Part shown: in pieces, positions 26,201 through 39,000 of the stretch
Layout: each line of letters starts with the position of its first letter
Position numbering within the stretch: the first letter of the stretch is position 1
DNA from: Massalongia carnosa
Lineage: Eukaryota
Assembly: GCA_965645245.1 (NCBI GenBank)
Contig: OZ287081.1
Span: 1,798,001-1,862,000, forward strand
DNA length: 64,000 nt
Reading direction: 5' to 3'
Translations under genes and position numbers: made by a program
Notes under the pieces: model-generated
What the model saw: the letters and a program-made list of their open reading frames with translations, nothing else
What the model was told of the DNA's origin: nothing
The model's database searches: none

Positions 26201-27814
26201 AAATCTTGGCTCTAGACAATCGATTTAGTGTCTCGGCGATCAGAGGTAGCGGATAGCGATTCTTTATCGTGATGGCATTTAGGCCTCGATAGTCAACACA
26301 AAAGCGAAGTCCTCCTCCAGGCTTTTAAACGAACATTACTGGTGAGGCAGCGTGAGAGCGACTATCTCTAATAAATCCTTTGGCTAAATTCTCATCTAGA
26401 TAGCGACGAAGCTCCTCGATTTCATTGCGACTCATTCTATAAAGAGCCTGACTAGGGGCCTGAGTGCCTTCTTTTAACTTGATGGCATGATCGTACGGGC
26501 GGTGATCGGGTAGGATGTCGGAGTTTTTCTTTGAAAAAACATCTAGGAAGTCGTGATATTGCTTGGGCAGAAAAGGAGCTGGATCGACGTTTTTTCTTTC
26601 CCGATATTCGTCTAATTCCTCCTGGGTAACGGTTGCGTGTAAGGTTAGGGCTTTATTCATTTTGAATAGGGCTAGATGGATTTCCTTTTCACTGAGACTC
26701 GACTGGGGGGACAATGGTTGATAACTTGGGCTGGGACTAGAATTGATAACAAGGCTGGGACTTTGATTGAGGGCTAGACTGGGAACTGGGCTAGGTGAGG
26801 CTTCTATTCTTAAGAAGCGATCGATTTCTTTCATCGAAAGAACAAAGATATCGTGATTTTTCTTCCGGCTTAGTCGGTTGAAGGAGGCGGCTTCGATTTC
26901 GCAGACGTTTAGCTGCAGGCTAGGGATGTTTTTGCGTGCTTTCTGTTCGGCACGTCTTTGAGTAGATGTACGAAGTGAAGAAGGACTTCTATATCGAATT
27001 TTCGGAGTGAGTCCTTGCTGAATTGTCTTCTCGATACGGCTCGGTTCATCATTTGATAGGGGCTCGAGGGGGGTTTCGATTTTGGGCTCGATTTGTTTAG
27101 TTGAAGAGGTATTTTTTTTCTCTTGTTTTAGGAAAGTTTTCGACGTACTGATAATTTGCATGGACGTGATGTCTTCGAAAACTTTCTTGACTGAGTTGAC
27201 ATCCTCAGCCTCCCAGACTTTCTGACTTTCGACTGGGGTGAGGAATTCTTCCTCGATGGCATGAATTTTGACAGGATGGGGGCAACAATGAGTGAGGCAG
27301 AAAGGAGAGGCAAAGGTGAGGGTATTGTTTCCAAAATCAGCTACAGCATTGTGCCGTCGAAGCCATGGGTGACCCAGGACAATTGGGTAATGTTTTAATC
27401 CGGTGACAAATAGAAATAATCTTTCTACATGACCTTCTAGGTCCATGATAATTTCGGCCACCTTGGTGATGTTTCCGGATAGGGCTGCCTGGCCGTCAAA
27501 TCCTTCAAGGCGTCGAGGATATTTGAGGGGATGAAGAGGGATTTGATGAGTTTGCGCAAAGTTTTCATCAATAAATGAGTAGCCAGATGCACCACAATCG
27601 ACAAGGTTAAATGTTTTAATTCTGAATCTAGATAAACGTAAAGTACAGGCAACTACCATGTGGCTGTCTTTGAACGTTTTATCTGATTCGAACAGCTCCA
27701 AAGCGGACGCTACGGAAAAACGAGTATTAGACCTTAGAAAAGGGGAAAACGAGTCGGCCATCAAACAAGAAGAGATGAAAACGGGAGGTCCCTGCACGCG
27801 ACTAAGCGCAGGGA

Positions 27815-28993
27815 CTAGGCTTTTTCCTGATTGTTATCAGGACCCTCGGGGATGAGATCCATGGTTCGAAGGTGAGTTGATTTTTTATTGGGACAGTCAA
27901 TGGCTGACTTCCCGGGATGCTGGCGTTTGCAATAAAAACAGAGTTTCCAGTCTTCGCAAATCTTCCTAACTCCCTCGGTTTTTAGTGAATGGCCCTTGAC
28001 TGCGGCCATAGCAGAGCTAAGATCCATCGGGTCGCCGACGGGCAGAGGTGCTGGGGGGGTGGAAGAGGAGGGGACAGAAGCAGCTCTGACTGCCGAGGGC
28101 TGATTGGTTGATTGTCCCTTTCGGGACGTTGAGGTGATGGCGGCCGAAGCATTGAGTCCCGCGGTAGTGTTGGAGGATTTAGGGGCGAGGTGACGAATTT
28201 GACGCAGGCCGCGGTCCGTCTCCAACCACATGGTGACGTGTTCATCGAAAGTAATCGGTTGTCGATTGGTACCCGGAACCCGATACATGAGGGCCGCTGA
28301 CTGAGTTGAATAGTTGACGTTTGTCTTCATAGCGTCAATCAGAGAGGCGTCCTCCATTCTCGAACGATCCTTCTTTTGGGAGAACAGGTTATAGTATTCC
28401 TCAAAGCTCATACTGCCCTGTTTCAACGTTTCTCGGAGATATTTTCGAGCATCTTCTTGTTCGTAGGGGTTGCCACAGGCACGACGAAGAGCGAATCGCC
28501 AGTCGGAGAAGGAGGTCAGTGTGCAAAGGCCGTCAACTCGATAGGAGTTCATGAGGTTGTGAGCCTTTTTTCCGATGATTAGTCGATTTTCTGCATACGC
28601 GATTTTAGATTCGTCGGAGGGATAGCGATCATTGTTTATATGCATTCGCTGAATGAGGCTTTGTTCCCAGGCGTCCAGTCGAGCTTCGTCCCCGTCGTAT
28701 TCCGGAATATCTGGGAGCTTTTCTGAACGTGGTTCGGGGTTCCTGGCTAGGAGTAGCTTCATCAGGGCAGCTATCTGCGGATCCAAGGATGGGGCGAGAG
28801 CTGGGTTGAGAGTCGAGACGGGGGGATCGGAAGCGGACGGGGATGGGGTTTTGGCAGCGGCGCGAAGCTGAGCTAATTCGTTCGACATGGCTTCCATTTC
28901 GTTCAAGAACTGTTGAGGGTTGGATTGAAGACGTTCCTGAACAAATCTCACACGCTCGTCCTGATGAGGGGGGTTTTCTTCCAGAGAAGACAT
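27815..28993 (-). CDS. Gypsy-1 gag polyprotein
   Basis: [18 protein letters not shown] and zinc knuckle [16 protein letters not shown]. Confidence 0.85.
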   Translation of the reverse strand: MSSLEENPPHQDERVRFVQERLQSNPQQFLNEMEAMSNELAQLRAAAKTPSPSASDPPVSTLNPALAPSLDPQIAALMKLLLARNPEPRSEKLPDIPEYDGDEARLDAWEQSLIQRMHINNDRYPSDESKIAYAENRLIIGKKAHNLMNSYRVDGLCTLTSFSDWRFALRRACGNPYEQEDARKYLRETLKQGSMSFEEYYNLFSQKKDRSRMEDASLIDAMKTNVNYSTQSAALMYRVPGTNRQPITFDEHVTMWLETDRGLRQIRHLAPKSSNTTAGLNASAAITSTSRKGQSTNQPSAVRAASVPSSSTPPAPLPVGDPMDLSSAMAAVKGHSLKTEGVRKICEDWKLCFYCKRQHPGKSAIDCPNKKSTHLRTMDLIPEGPDNNQEKA

Positions 28994-31900
28994 GGCTGGG
29001 TTGAAAAAGGAATGGATGGAGAAAAGTGCTATGGAAGGCACTTTTTAAGGGATAGGTCCGACGTAATGTCAAGGGACTGGATTGGATGGTCAAGCTTTCT
29101 AATTGACTGAGTCTATAGCTACAGCTAGGCTAGATTGGCTATTCAAGACGTCGGACAAGGAGCCAGAACTTTCGAGACTCGACCCCTTCTTTTATATCTG
29201 TTCCTCACCTCCTTACCCCTTTGTTTCCTTGATCTTCGATGTCTCCTATTCATCTCCTTTTCCTAAGTTAATACGAAGACACCTAATGGGGACCGGGTAA
29301 TTATGGTTTCGAAGATCGGAGGCGGAGCCGTACTTGATCTAACCGCATCGAGAAAGGTTGGAACAGCGCGCACTGACTAATGAAGCTGTGGTAGGTCCAA
29401 TGAACCCGCGGTAGGTCCAATGAATCCGCGGTAGTTCCAATGAACCTGCGTTAGGTCCAATGAACCTGCGTTAGGTCCAATGAACCTGCGTTAGGTCCAA
29501 TAAACCTGCGTTAGGTCCAATGAACCCGCGGTAGCTCTAATGAACCTGCGGTACGGTAGGTAGAGACAGGATAGAGGGGGCAACTAGGGATAAGGCCGAG
29601 ATCCTTTTGGTTCGAAGCCGTTTCATGACACTGCCAATGAAGACGACGAGACGGATTTGAATCACATTGCTCAGGTGATTTGGGAAGACAGATATCACAG
29701 TCAGATTACAGAGCTTCATGTGGTAGCAGCTCTTTTGCTTCCTCAGAATCATGCTATAAAGGTGATTGGCGTATCTACGGAGCCGACATTTGCTCCGCTA
29801 ATGCATAGATTTTTCAATCAACATTTGACTAGTGCAGAGGCAGCTACTGCCATGAAGCAATGGCTCGCATTTCACGATCAAGAAGATGGCTTTCATACAA
29901 GCTCCGAATGCTGGACGTATCAAATGGATCCGGAGCTGTTTTGGACATTCAGCAGAAATTTTGCATCAACCCTTAGCAGCTTAGCCAGAAAGGTGATAAA
30001 ACTTCCTGGTAATTCGGTATTGGCCGAAAGAAGCTGGTCGGTAATGAATCTGATCATGAATAAAACGCGCAATTCCATGAGCTCGATAAGCGTAGATAAA
30101 CTCATGTTTATCTACATGAATGAGCGTACCCTCAACCGACCTGGGGATATCAAAAGAAGTTACAATTTGCTGGCATCGACATTGACGAAAGCGATCTATG
30201 TGAAATGGAAGACAGATTGCTGCAGGATGAAATTGTCATTCAGGAGTCCTTGACGTCATCGAAACGTCCGGCCAGTCAAGAAATAAGAGGTGATTCAGCA
30301 AGATCATAGGTTAAATAAGTAGAAATACATACAATTAATTGTATGACGATGACCGGCAAAATTACGTACTTTTTAAGTTTACTATTTGCTGACTTTTCCC
30401 CGCTTTTCCCCCTTTCCGCACCTCCCTACCCACCCCCTCCCCCCCTGTAAATAATCCATGAAAGTTTCACTCGACAGTGAAAGTTTCGCCCGATCGGGTT
30501 AGGCAAACTTTCAGAGATCTTTTCAAATCGGAGCCCTAGCGATGGGGCAACGAACGGATGACTCATCGAGATGTGCGCGCTTGGCTCCCCCGGGGTGAGA
30601 CTGTCCGATTGTGGAAGGTTCCATTCCGAAAGTGGGTAGCACGATTACATCACATGCACCTGTCAAGCTGATACGTTTTCTGACGCTTTTCAAGTTAAAG
30701 CATTTCAAATCAACGTATGATCTAAGTATCTTAATAAGTTCAAGAATGTCTTCATCCGTAGTCTCACAAAACAATTCTTCAAGCTTTCCGCAGCAGGGCA
30801 CGGTCGATTGGGTCACGTTTTACAACTCAACAGTGCATTGCACAGTGGCTGTCCTTGCAAGGCTATCAAAAGCAGGCCTAGACCAGTACACGATTCATGT
30901 GGGACGTGCGATATGCTCCAATTTCTCCCTTGGACCACAGTCTCAGGAACGCGTTATCGCCGCTATTCAACGACTCAGAAAATATGGTTCCTACGATCGG
31001 GTCATTTGGTTTGGGTTCGGAATCAAATAAGTTTTAACAGATCTTTCGGAGACAGAAGAAGGTCTGACATTACTGGCATTGACTGCTTCACTTTCCGTAA
31101 CATATGACGCCTTGTTTACTGCACAAGTTCTTCGAGAACTGTGCTTATTGGGTAAACCAAAAGAGGCACTCACACCAGCTTTGCGGCAGTGGAGAATCCT
31201 GATTGATCTTTACGCAGGAATCTTGACATCAGTTGATTTCATCCATGTTCTCAGTGGTTTTCATCGTCTCGCGTTACCGTACATCGGTAACAGCTCGAAG
31301 CTAGCCAATGGAACGACAGCTGCTTCAAATCTAGCGATTGCTATATTAGCTTTAGGTAGGGTATCAAAAGAAGACATACATTCTGTGACTATTCTAGGTG
31401 GAATGGATTGTGTATGGCTTGCAGCTTTTGCAGACTGGATTCTGTTACTGGACGTCGGACTTCTTGACCCCACCTCTTCGCCATTATATCGTTCGCGGAA
31501 GGGAGTTTGTGGAGCGCCTCAAGTAATTTTCAGATTATGCGAAGAGAGAGACTTCCCAATGAATAGAGACTTATTGGCTAGTAGAAGAACTTTGATTCAG
31601 AATGGTCAAACTCTTTTCTGTCATATAGATGAAGAGCAGAAAAGGTCTTCGCGATTCCGCGCAACGTGGGAAACTATCTTGCGGGACACGTTTCCAGACG
31701 CAATCGACCTGCTCACGCAAGAAAAAACGAACCATGGGTTAGCACGTTATCTGTATTGTGTATCCAGTCTAGAGAAATTTGAGATTTCAAGATCGCGATT
31801 TGTCATATGAAAAAAGCTTTCTTTTTGAATGCAATCCAGTGGATCCGCTACTCTGGACGCGAAGGGAAAGCAGAAGCCAGAGTTTTCTCGAATTTGCTGC

Positions 31901-32169
31901 AAATCGATTGCCTGAGCTTTAAACCTGCCTTCAAGTCGATTTCTCATCGATGCCTTCCAGCAATCTCGCAACTTATGGTGAAGACGCCATAAAAAGAATT
32001 GCAAGTGTGTGTCCTTGTTACGATCATCAAGGATTACAGAAAAGTGTCCAACGGAGCCCATTATGTTTGAATCTTGGCGCAGACTATTCTATTGTATCTA
32101 TGGATTGCGGTTGCGTCAGAAATCGATGATGACGTGTGTCCTTCTATCAACGGGTTGATACTACTTTAT

Positions 32170-34311
32170 CCCTTCGTCTGGCAATTTGGCAGCCACCTTA
32201 AATAGGCTTAGTGAGATACCGTAGGGCTGAGTCGCGAACTTCAAAACATTCTCCCCTTTTTTTGTAAATAAGAAGGTAAACATCAGTTGAAAATCATTAA
32301 AACATCTACAATTTCTTTAGAATAATCATGAGAGGCATTGAGATAGAAGTTCCTGACCAATCAGCCGCTTTGCCCCCCTCAATTCTGAAAGAACAGGCCA
32401 AAAAGAATAAACCCAGCGTACAAAGCATAATTGACTCCATGCCCCCTCCGTCATCAAATTATTGTCCAATTTCGATCCCATTTCGAAAACCACAGCCGGA
32501 CGAGACGTTGCGCTTGATTAATTAGACTCCTTTCAGTTTATTCTGCCTCTTCTATAGCTTTGAAATGCTTGAAACCATAGCTAAAAACACCAATCATAAA
32601 GCGAAAAAGAAGTATGCCCTAAACGACATCAAGAGACGTCAATGGCATGACACCTCTTCTTCTGAAGTAGGAGCTTTTCTGGGAATTCTGTTATATATGG
32701 GGTATACACTGATGCCACGTCTTACTGACTATTGGAACACGTCTCCTAAATTTGCCATACATGACATGGTGATTCAAGCCATGAGTCTTCGAAGATGGGA
32801 GCAACTCAAGCGAGTTTTGAAGATATCCAACCCCGACGAAAATGAGATCATTGATACTCGAGGCCCTGATTGGTGGAAAAAGCTGGAACCATTGGCCACA
32901 GACTTTCGAAAAGCATTAAAGAAATACTGGATTCCTGGAAGTTATGTGTCAGTTGACGAGCAATTGATTTTATTCAGGGGTAGGAGCTGCCATACTATGC
33001 AAATAGCCACCAAGGCGGCTGGTGTAGGCTTCAAAATCTATAGTTTATATCAGGAAAATTATCTTTTTGACTTCTTATTTACCTCCAAGGGGAGTAGAAA
33101 AGGCCTCAATTTGCATCGTACTAATTGCAAGACAGGTGTCCAAAATTAGTGAGTTAAAAACGCCAGGACAATAGAAATTTCCGACAACCAAATGGGATTT
33201 GTCTCCTTCCTCCCTAGTCGTCATTCAACTGGCGCGAAGTTTACCGTCTGATGAAGGCTTGAAATACGTCATCTTTCTGGACAACTTCTTCACAAATACG
33301 AAGCTATTCAAAGCTCTGAAAACCATTGGAATTGGTGCCTGTGGGACGGCTAAATCTGGATGCGGTTTTCCTGTTGATCTTCTACGTCTGAGGGTTGCAG
33401 CCACCAAGAATAAGAACTGGGGAAAGAAGGCATTGATGACGGTACCTGCAAATAAAAGTAAAAAAGCAAACATTGATGACGGGGACATTCTGTGTATGAC
33501 ATGGGTGGATTTAAACACCGTGCAATTCATGACCACGGTTCATACAATTGAGGATTTGAAGACTTCTTTCTACAAGAAATCCCGTCTACGTCGTAGAATT
33601 CCTGCAAAGTCCAGAGTCATCGTTGATGATGAAGAAGAAAAGCTTCCATTTCCCATGCCCATCGTGGTATATAACCAGCACATGGACGGGTCGGATGGGA
33701 ATGCTCAGCAAAGAGCATATTATTTACCTCAAAGATCTGATCGTCGCTACTGGTAGTCAATTTTCATCTTTCTTCTGGATGCAGCCGTTCTAAATGCCTT
33801 CAAATTGTGGAGAATTCTGTATCCGAATTCAACACTCAGCCATTTGGACTTTCAAAAAGAAATAGTAAATACCCTACTATCCAATCAAGCCGGTGCCCTA
33901 CGGAAACGTCCGACAGATGTCATAGTTACTACTAATCAAGACGTTAATAAAGACGTCGAGTCAACTTGCAAATGGGAGCATTTGAATAAGAAGGACTATT
34001 GTTTGGCCTGCAAAAGGCAAGTGCCAAGACTGAAACGACGCCGACCACTTGCGGAAATTGATGAAAGTTGCACCAGAAGACGACGTGCAAGTCAGACCAG
34101 ATGGCAATATAAGAGCTGTGGACCATGTTGCAAAAAGGAGGCATGTTGGGAAATTTTACATAGATCATGAGGGGTGATTGAGGTGTTGTACCTATTATCG
34201 TTGAAAAGGGAAAATCTGATTGGCCAGATTAAAGTTATTAGTCATTACCCTGAGAAGGCGCGTGTAAAATTGAATATTACCTAAATGGCTGCCAAATTGC
34301 CATACGAAGGG
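32170..34311 (+). mobile_element. piggyBac-like DNA transposon with degenerate transposase (32328-34170)
   Basis: 26-bp TIR CCCTTCGT(C/A)TGGCAATTTGGCAGCCA; VSVDEQLILFRGR, FLDNFFT and YNQHMDGSD (DDD triad); Cys-rich C-terminus; in-frame stops. Confidence 0.93.
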
Positions 34312-35453
34312 ATAGACGTCAAGCATTAGCCGTCGACCCAAACCGTAGCTTCCTTACCGACTCAACACTAATGACATCTGGTGAAGATTTCGTATTAAGT
34401 TTAGTGTCATGGTGCGAATAAGGATAATCTAGGAAAGGTAGTCACAAGAAGGTTGCTAAGATTGCTAAGCGATACCCCCGACATTTAGCGTCGCGGGAGG
34501 TAGCGCATTGGGTTTAGCGGGAAGCTAACCTCATCAAGGTTAGTAAAGGGATCAAGGAGTTATAAGAAAATCTCTGCAGCAATTGCTGCTTTCTTCTTTG
34601 TGTTCGTCTTGTTTATTTAGCATAGCTATTAGCTAGCCATCAAGACCATCATCACCACCACTTGAGTAGGCCTTCTATTGCCCACCCGTTACATTACGAA
34701 CACCTCCCCCATACCTCAAGTGGTCCTTCGTCCCCAGGTCCTTCTCCCGAAAAGGATGGCCTCCAGCTTCTCCGCCGAGGCATCTACCTCTCTCTCCGAA
34801 GGCCAGACCTTCGATCTTCCCCCTCCGGACTTCAAAAACGAAGCCTCTCTTGCCCCTCACGTGATCACGCCTGATGCTTGGAGCCACTCGATCCAGAAAT
34901 TTCCCCACGAGTGGTACAATTTTTCTATTCAAGCTGCCAATCAGATCACGTCCCTCTCGAGCTCCCTGGACATAAAAACGAGTCAGTGCGAGTCTTTAGA
35001 ATCGGAGCGTGATCAAATCCGCCGTCAGCTGCGTGACTCCAATGACGAGCTGATCGCGGCTCGAGCCTTGATCATCAGCCTTCGCGGACACCCATCCCCC
35101 ATCAGCCACGCAGACTCCCGATCGGAGAGACTCCCGGATATTCCCAAGTTCTCGGGAAAGAAGGAGGATTTACGTTCCTGGACAACCCAACTGCACTTGA
35201 AACTTTTCGTCAATAAAGACCGCTTCACTGGAGAAAAATCAGGACTCATCTATGCTATCAGCCGATTGGAGGGGCGTGCGCTCTCCCAGGTACAACCGTA
35301 TGTCAAGTCACAGCACGAAATCTCTCTGCCGGATGTACCGTCCCTCCTGGTGCTGTTGGAACGTGCATTCGGGGACCCTGACCGAAAGGCCACCGCGCAG
35401 CGTGAGCTGCGTGCCCTTCGTCAGGCAAATCGAGAGTTCCATGTGTACTTAGC

Positions 35454-35673
35454 TGTCAGCCAGTTTAGTGGTCAAGCAGTAAGCGATATGTAGCTCGGAT
35501 ACGGTAATCTATTAACCGAATCCCAACATTCTAGTAACTGAGAGAATGGGTGCAAAATCCTTTCAATGCAAGCAATCATCACCTCAATTCCAAGTGTCAA
35601 TTTCAAGTGTCTATCTAAAACGTAAATCATTCTCCAATCACCAAGAGCTTAGATCAATAAATCAAGTTCAATA
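35454..35673. mobile_element. 220-bp solo LTR inserted in Gypsy-2 gag
   Basis: Starts TGTCA and ends CAATA (probably a mutated CA end); exact TSD TTAGC; removal restores YLADFQRIAP. Confidence 0.85.
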
Positions 35674-36074
35674 TTAGCAGATTTCCAACGCATCGCCCCG
35701 GACACCAATTTTGATGAGGAAGCTCAACGCGCTGCCCTGCAACAAGGTATCAGCGAAGAACTTCAACAGCTAATGTTAACGCAGCTGATCCCGGAGGACC
35801 TCAACGAGCTGATCTCGTTACTACAACGGCTAGATACTCGCCAGCGCAATGTCAATGCCCTGCTCCGGAAGCCCTACTCGCCCCGGTCCGCCCCATCTTC
35901 TTCTGATGCGGGGACCACACTTCGTAACCCTCCGTCTGGGGGGGTTGCCCTACCCCGAACCGTCTCCCCCGCCGCTGCCGCTCCCGCCTCGCCTCCAGAC
36001 GCCATGGACCTCTCCGCCTTCTCTCGAGGCAAGTTATCCTCGGCGGAAGTAACTCGTCGTATGAACGAGGGGCT

Positions 36075-39000
36075 GTGCCGTTACTGCGGGGAGTCCGGGC
36101 ACTTTGCGGCCAACTGTCCCAAACTGGCACGAGGGAAGAAACCCAAGCCGTCACGACTCAACGAGTCTACCCTTGCGGAGTCGACGGAAAACGCTGTGTC
36201 TTCGAGCTAAGTCGCTCTCGAAGACCGACGGAAGGATTTCCTGTGTCAATTTCGGCTTTTTCCATATCAGAAGACTCGTTAGATGGTAGACATTTCGTCG
36301 TATCCATAGAACTCTCTGTAGAAAATCGCGTTTTACACACACATGCATTAATAGATTGCGGCGCTTCTGGCTATGCATTCATTGATTCGTCCTTCGCGCA
36401 AAGAAATTCCCTGCCTCTCACCCCCCTTGTCCGCCCTCGCGTTCTCGAAGTTGTGGACGGCCGACCAGCCGCGGCTGGTATGCTCACACACCTGGCCAAG
36501 TTGAAGATGAACGTCAACGGGCATCACGAGCACGGCTCATTCCTTGTGACCCAGTTGGGTCACTATCCGGTAGTCCTGGGAGTCAAATGGCTTCAAATTC
36601 ACGACCCTTTCGTCAGCTGGTCTCGAAATACTCTGACCTTCTCGTCCTCGTATTGTCGTCTGGAGTGTTTAGAGAATAAACACGTCCCTCTTGTTATTCC
36701 TGGCCTTTCTGATCTTTCCGAAGAGTCTCCTCCCCCGGAGTCTGCTTCCTCAGTGCGTCTTGACCCTCTTGAAATCCGTGAGAACAAGGTCTCTCACGCG
36801 AATCCTGAATTCTTGAAACCCTCCGAGTTTATTGAACATATCGAGTTTATTGAACATCCCGAGCCCATGATCCGAGTCCCGAGTTCACGTCTTGAACCCC
36901 CGAAAATCACCAAGTACACTGAACACTCTCAGCCTCCGAGTCTCGTCCCAGAACTTAAGAAGTCCAGCGCCTTGCCCATGAAAATCTGTATGATAGGAGC
37001 CGCGCCATTTTCCACCCTGATGAAGGATCGAAAGAACGAAATCTTCACTGCGTCCTTGTACGAGATCGAAAAAGCCATACAAGCCTTGAAAAACCCGAGC
37101 AACCTCAGCCTTGCAGCCGCATCTCTGGCTGATGTGGCCAAATCCTTGAAACCTAAGAGATTCATCGATCCTGCTACCGTAGTACCCGAGGAATTTCATG
37201 ATCTCCTGGACGTGTTCTCCAAACAAGAGGCCGATAAACTGCCTCCGCATCGTTCATACGATCACAAGATCGTGTTGATGGAGGGCGCAGTTCCTTCTTC
37301 GGGTCCTCTATACAAGATGTCAGCTCCCGAGCTTTTAGTTTTGCAGAAATATCTCAAGGAAAACTTAGCCAAGGGATTCATTCGAGCCAGTTCCTCTCCT
37401 TGTTCCTCGCCGGTATTGTTCGCACGAAAGCCTTCAGGCGGACTGCGATTCTGTGTCGATTACAGAGCCCTGAACGCGATCACCGTAAAGAATCGCTACC
37501 CAATACCCCTGATTCAGGAGACCCTCGATAGGCTCGCAAAAGCCGTTATATTCTCGAAATTTGATATTGTAGCGGCTTTCAATAAGCTGCGCATGCAGAA
37601 GGGACAGGAATGGATGACGGCCTTCAAAACAAGATATGGGCTTTTCGAGTATGATGTTCTTCCTTTCGGATTGTCTGGAGGTCCTGGATCCTTTCAGCAT
37701 TACATTAACGATGTACTCCGCGAATATCTAGACGCCTTTTGCACCGCGTACATCGATGACATCTTGATTTACAGTAAATTGAGAAAAGAACACAGTATCC
37801 ACGTAAGAAAAGTTTTAACAGCTCTACGAGAAGCGGGGTTGCAACTGGACATTGAGAAATGCGAGTTCTTCGTCACCGAGACAACATATTTGGGATTGAT
37901 TATCTCCAATAAAGGAATAAGAATGGATCCTCGCAAAGTTCAAACCATCAAGGACTGGATCACGCCCAAGAATGTTAAAGATATTCAAGCCTTTGTAGGA
38001 TTCGCGAACTTCTATCGCCGTTTCGTCAAAAACTTCTCCGCCATTGCCGCACCCCTGATAAAGCTGACTCGAAAGAGTGTGATCTTTTCTTGGAATCAGG
38101 AATGCGAGACCGCATTTCAAAGATTAAAGGACGCGTTCATGAGCGACCTTGTTCTGATGCATTTTGATCCTGAGAAAAAGATCGTTGTAGAAGTTGACGC
38201 CTCGGATTGGGTAGTGGGGGGAGTGCTCTCGCAACATGACGACGAAGGAATTCTAAGACCTGTGGCATTCTTCTCAAAGAAACACTCACCAGCGGAAGTA
38301 AATTATGAGATTTATGATAAAGAGCTTATGGCTATCGTTCGTGCCTTTGAGGAATGGAGAGCTGAACTCGAAGGAGCCGCATTTCCAATACAAGTAATTT
38401 CCGATCATAAGAATCTGGAATATTTCATGACAACGAAGCAATTGAGTAGAAGGCAAGCACGCTGGTCCGAATATCTTTCTCGTTTTGATTTTCAGATTGT
38501 GTACCGCCCAGGGAAGAGTGGCGGAAAGCCCGATGCCCTTACCAGAAGGTCTCAAGACCTACCTGAGGGGGGGGATGATCCACGAGTGAAGATCCAACAT
38601 CAAACGGTCTTGAAACCTCGAAATCTTGAACTTCTAGCGAACGGGTTAGCAAAGGAATTTTCGGAAGAGAACGATATTGAATCAGGTTCAGATCAAGAGG
38701 AAGTCAAGACCCTGGAAGAACTATGGCAGGAGGCTCTGAAAAATGATCCTTTCCCTGTCAAGATACTGAACCTGTTGCGGTCAGGAGCAAGGCACTCCAA
38801 GGTTATCTCGTTAGCGGAATGCACCGAAATCGACGGTCGATTACACTATCGAGAGAAAATGTTCGTTCCCGACTCTCATGCTTTGAAAATGAGGCTCTGC
38901 GAGTCTGTTCATGATAGTCCAGTGGCAGGTCACCCCGGCCGAGCCAAGACCTTTGATCTTTTACAGCGCCACTATTACTGGCCTCGATTTTATCAGTTCG

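Larger units (their letters stand above)
22805..29630 (-). mobile_element. Ty3/Gypsy chromovirus LTR retrotransposon (Gypsy-1); LTRs 22805-23348 and 29067-29630; gag intact, pol broken
   Basis: TG..CA LTRs, 5-bp TSD CTGCC, polypurine tract gagaggggagctac; protease [20 protein letters not shown], RNase H VETDASD, integrase GHPG and HPETDGQTER, chromodomain-like tail; several frameshifts. Confidence 0.97.
19152..30538 (+). mobile_element. hAT DNA transposon (pseudogenised transposase in pieces 19623-20470, 21301-21540, 22576-22804 and 29636-30310) carrying three nested insertions
   Basis: 11-bp TIR TAGGGCTCCGA / TCGGAGCCCTA; 8-bp TSD gcggtggg / gcgatggg; BED-like CIHC, FTDETANI, PCDSYGLQL and C-terminal dimerisation motif NSVLAERSWSVMNLIMNKTRN. 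Confidence 0.93.
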
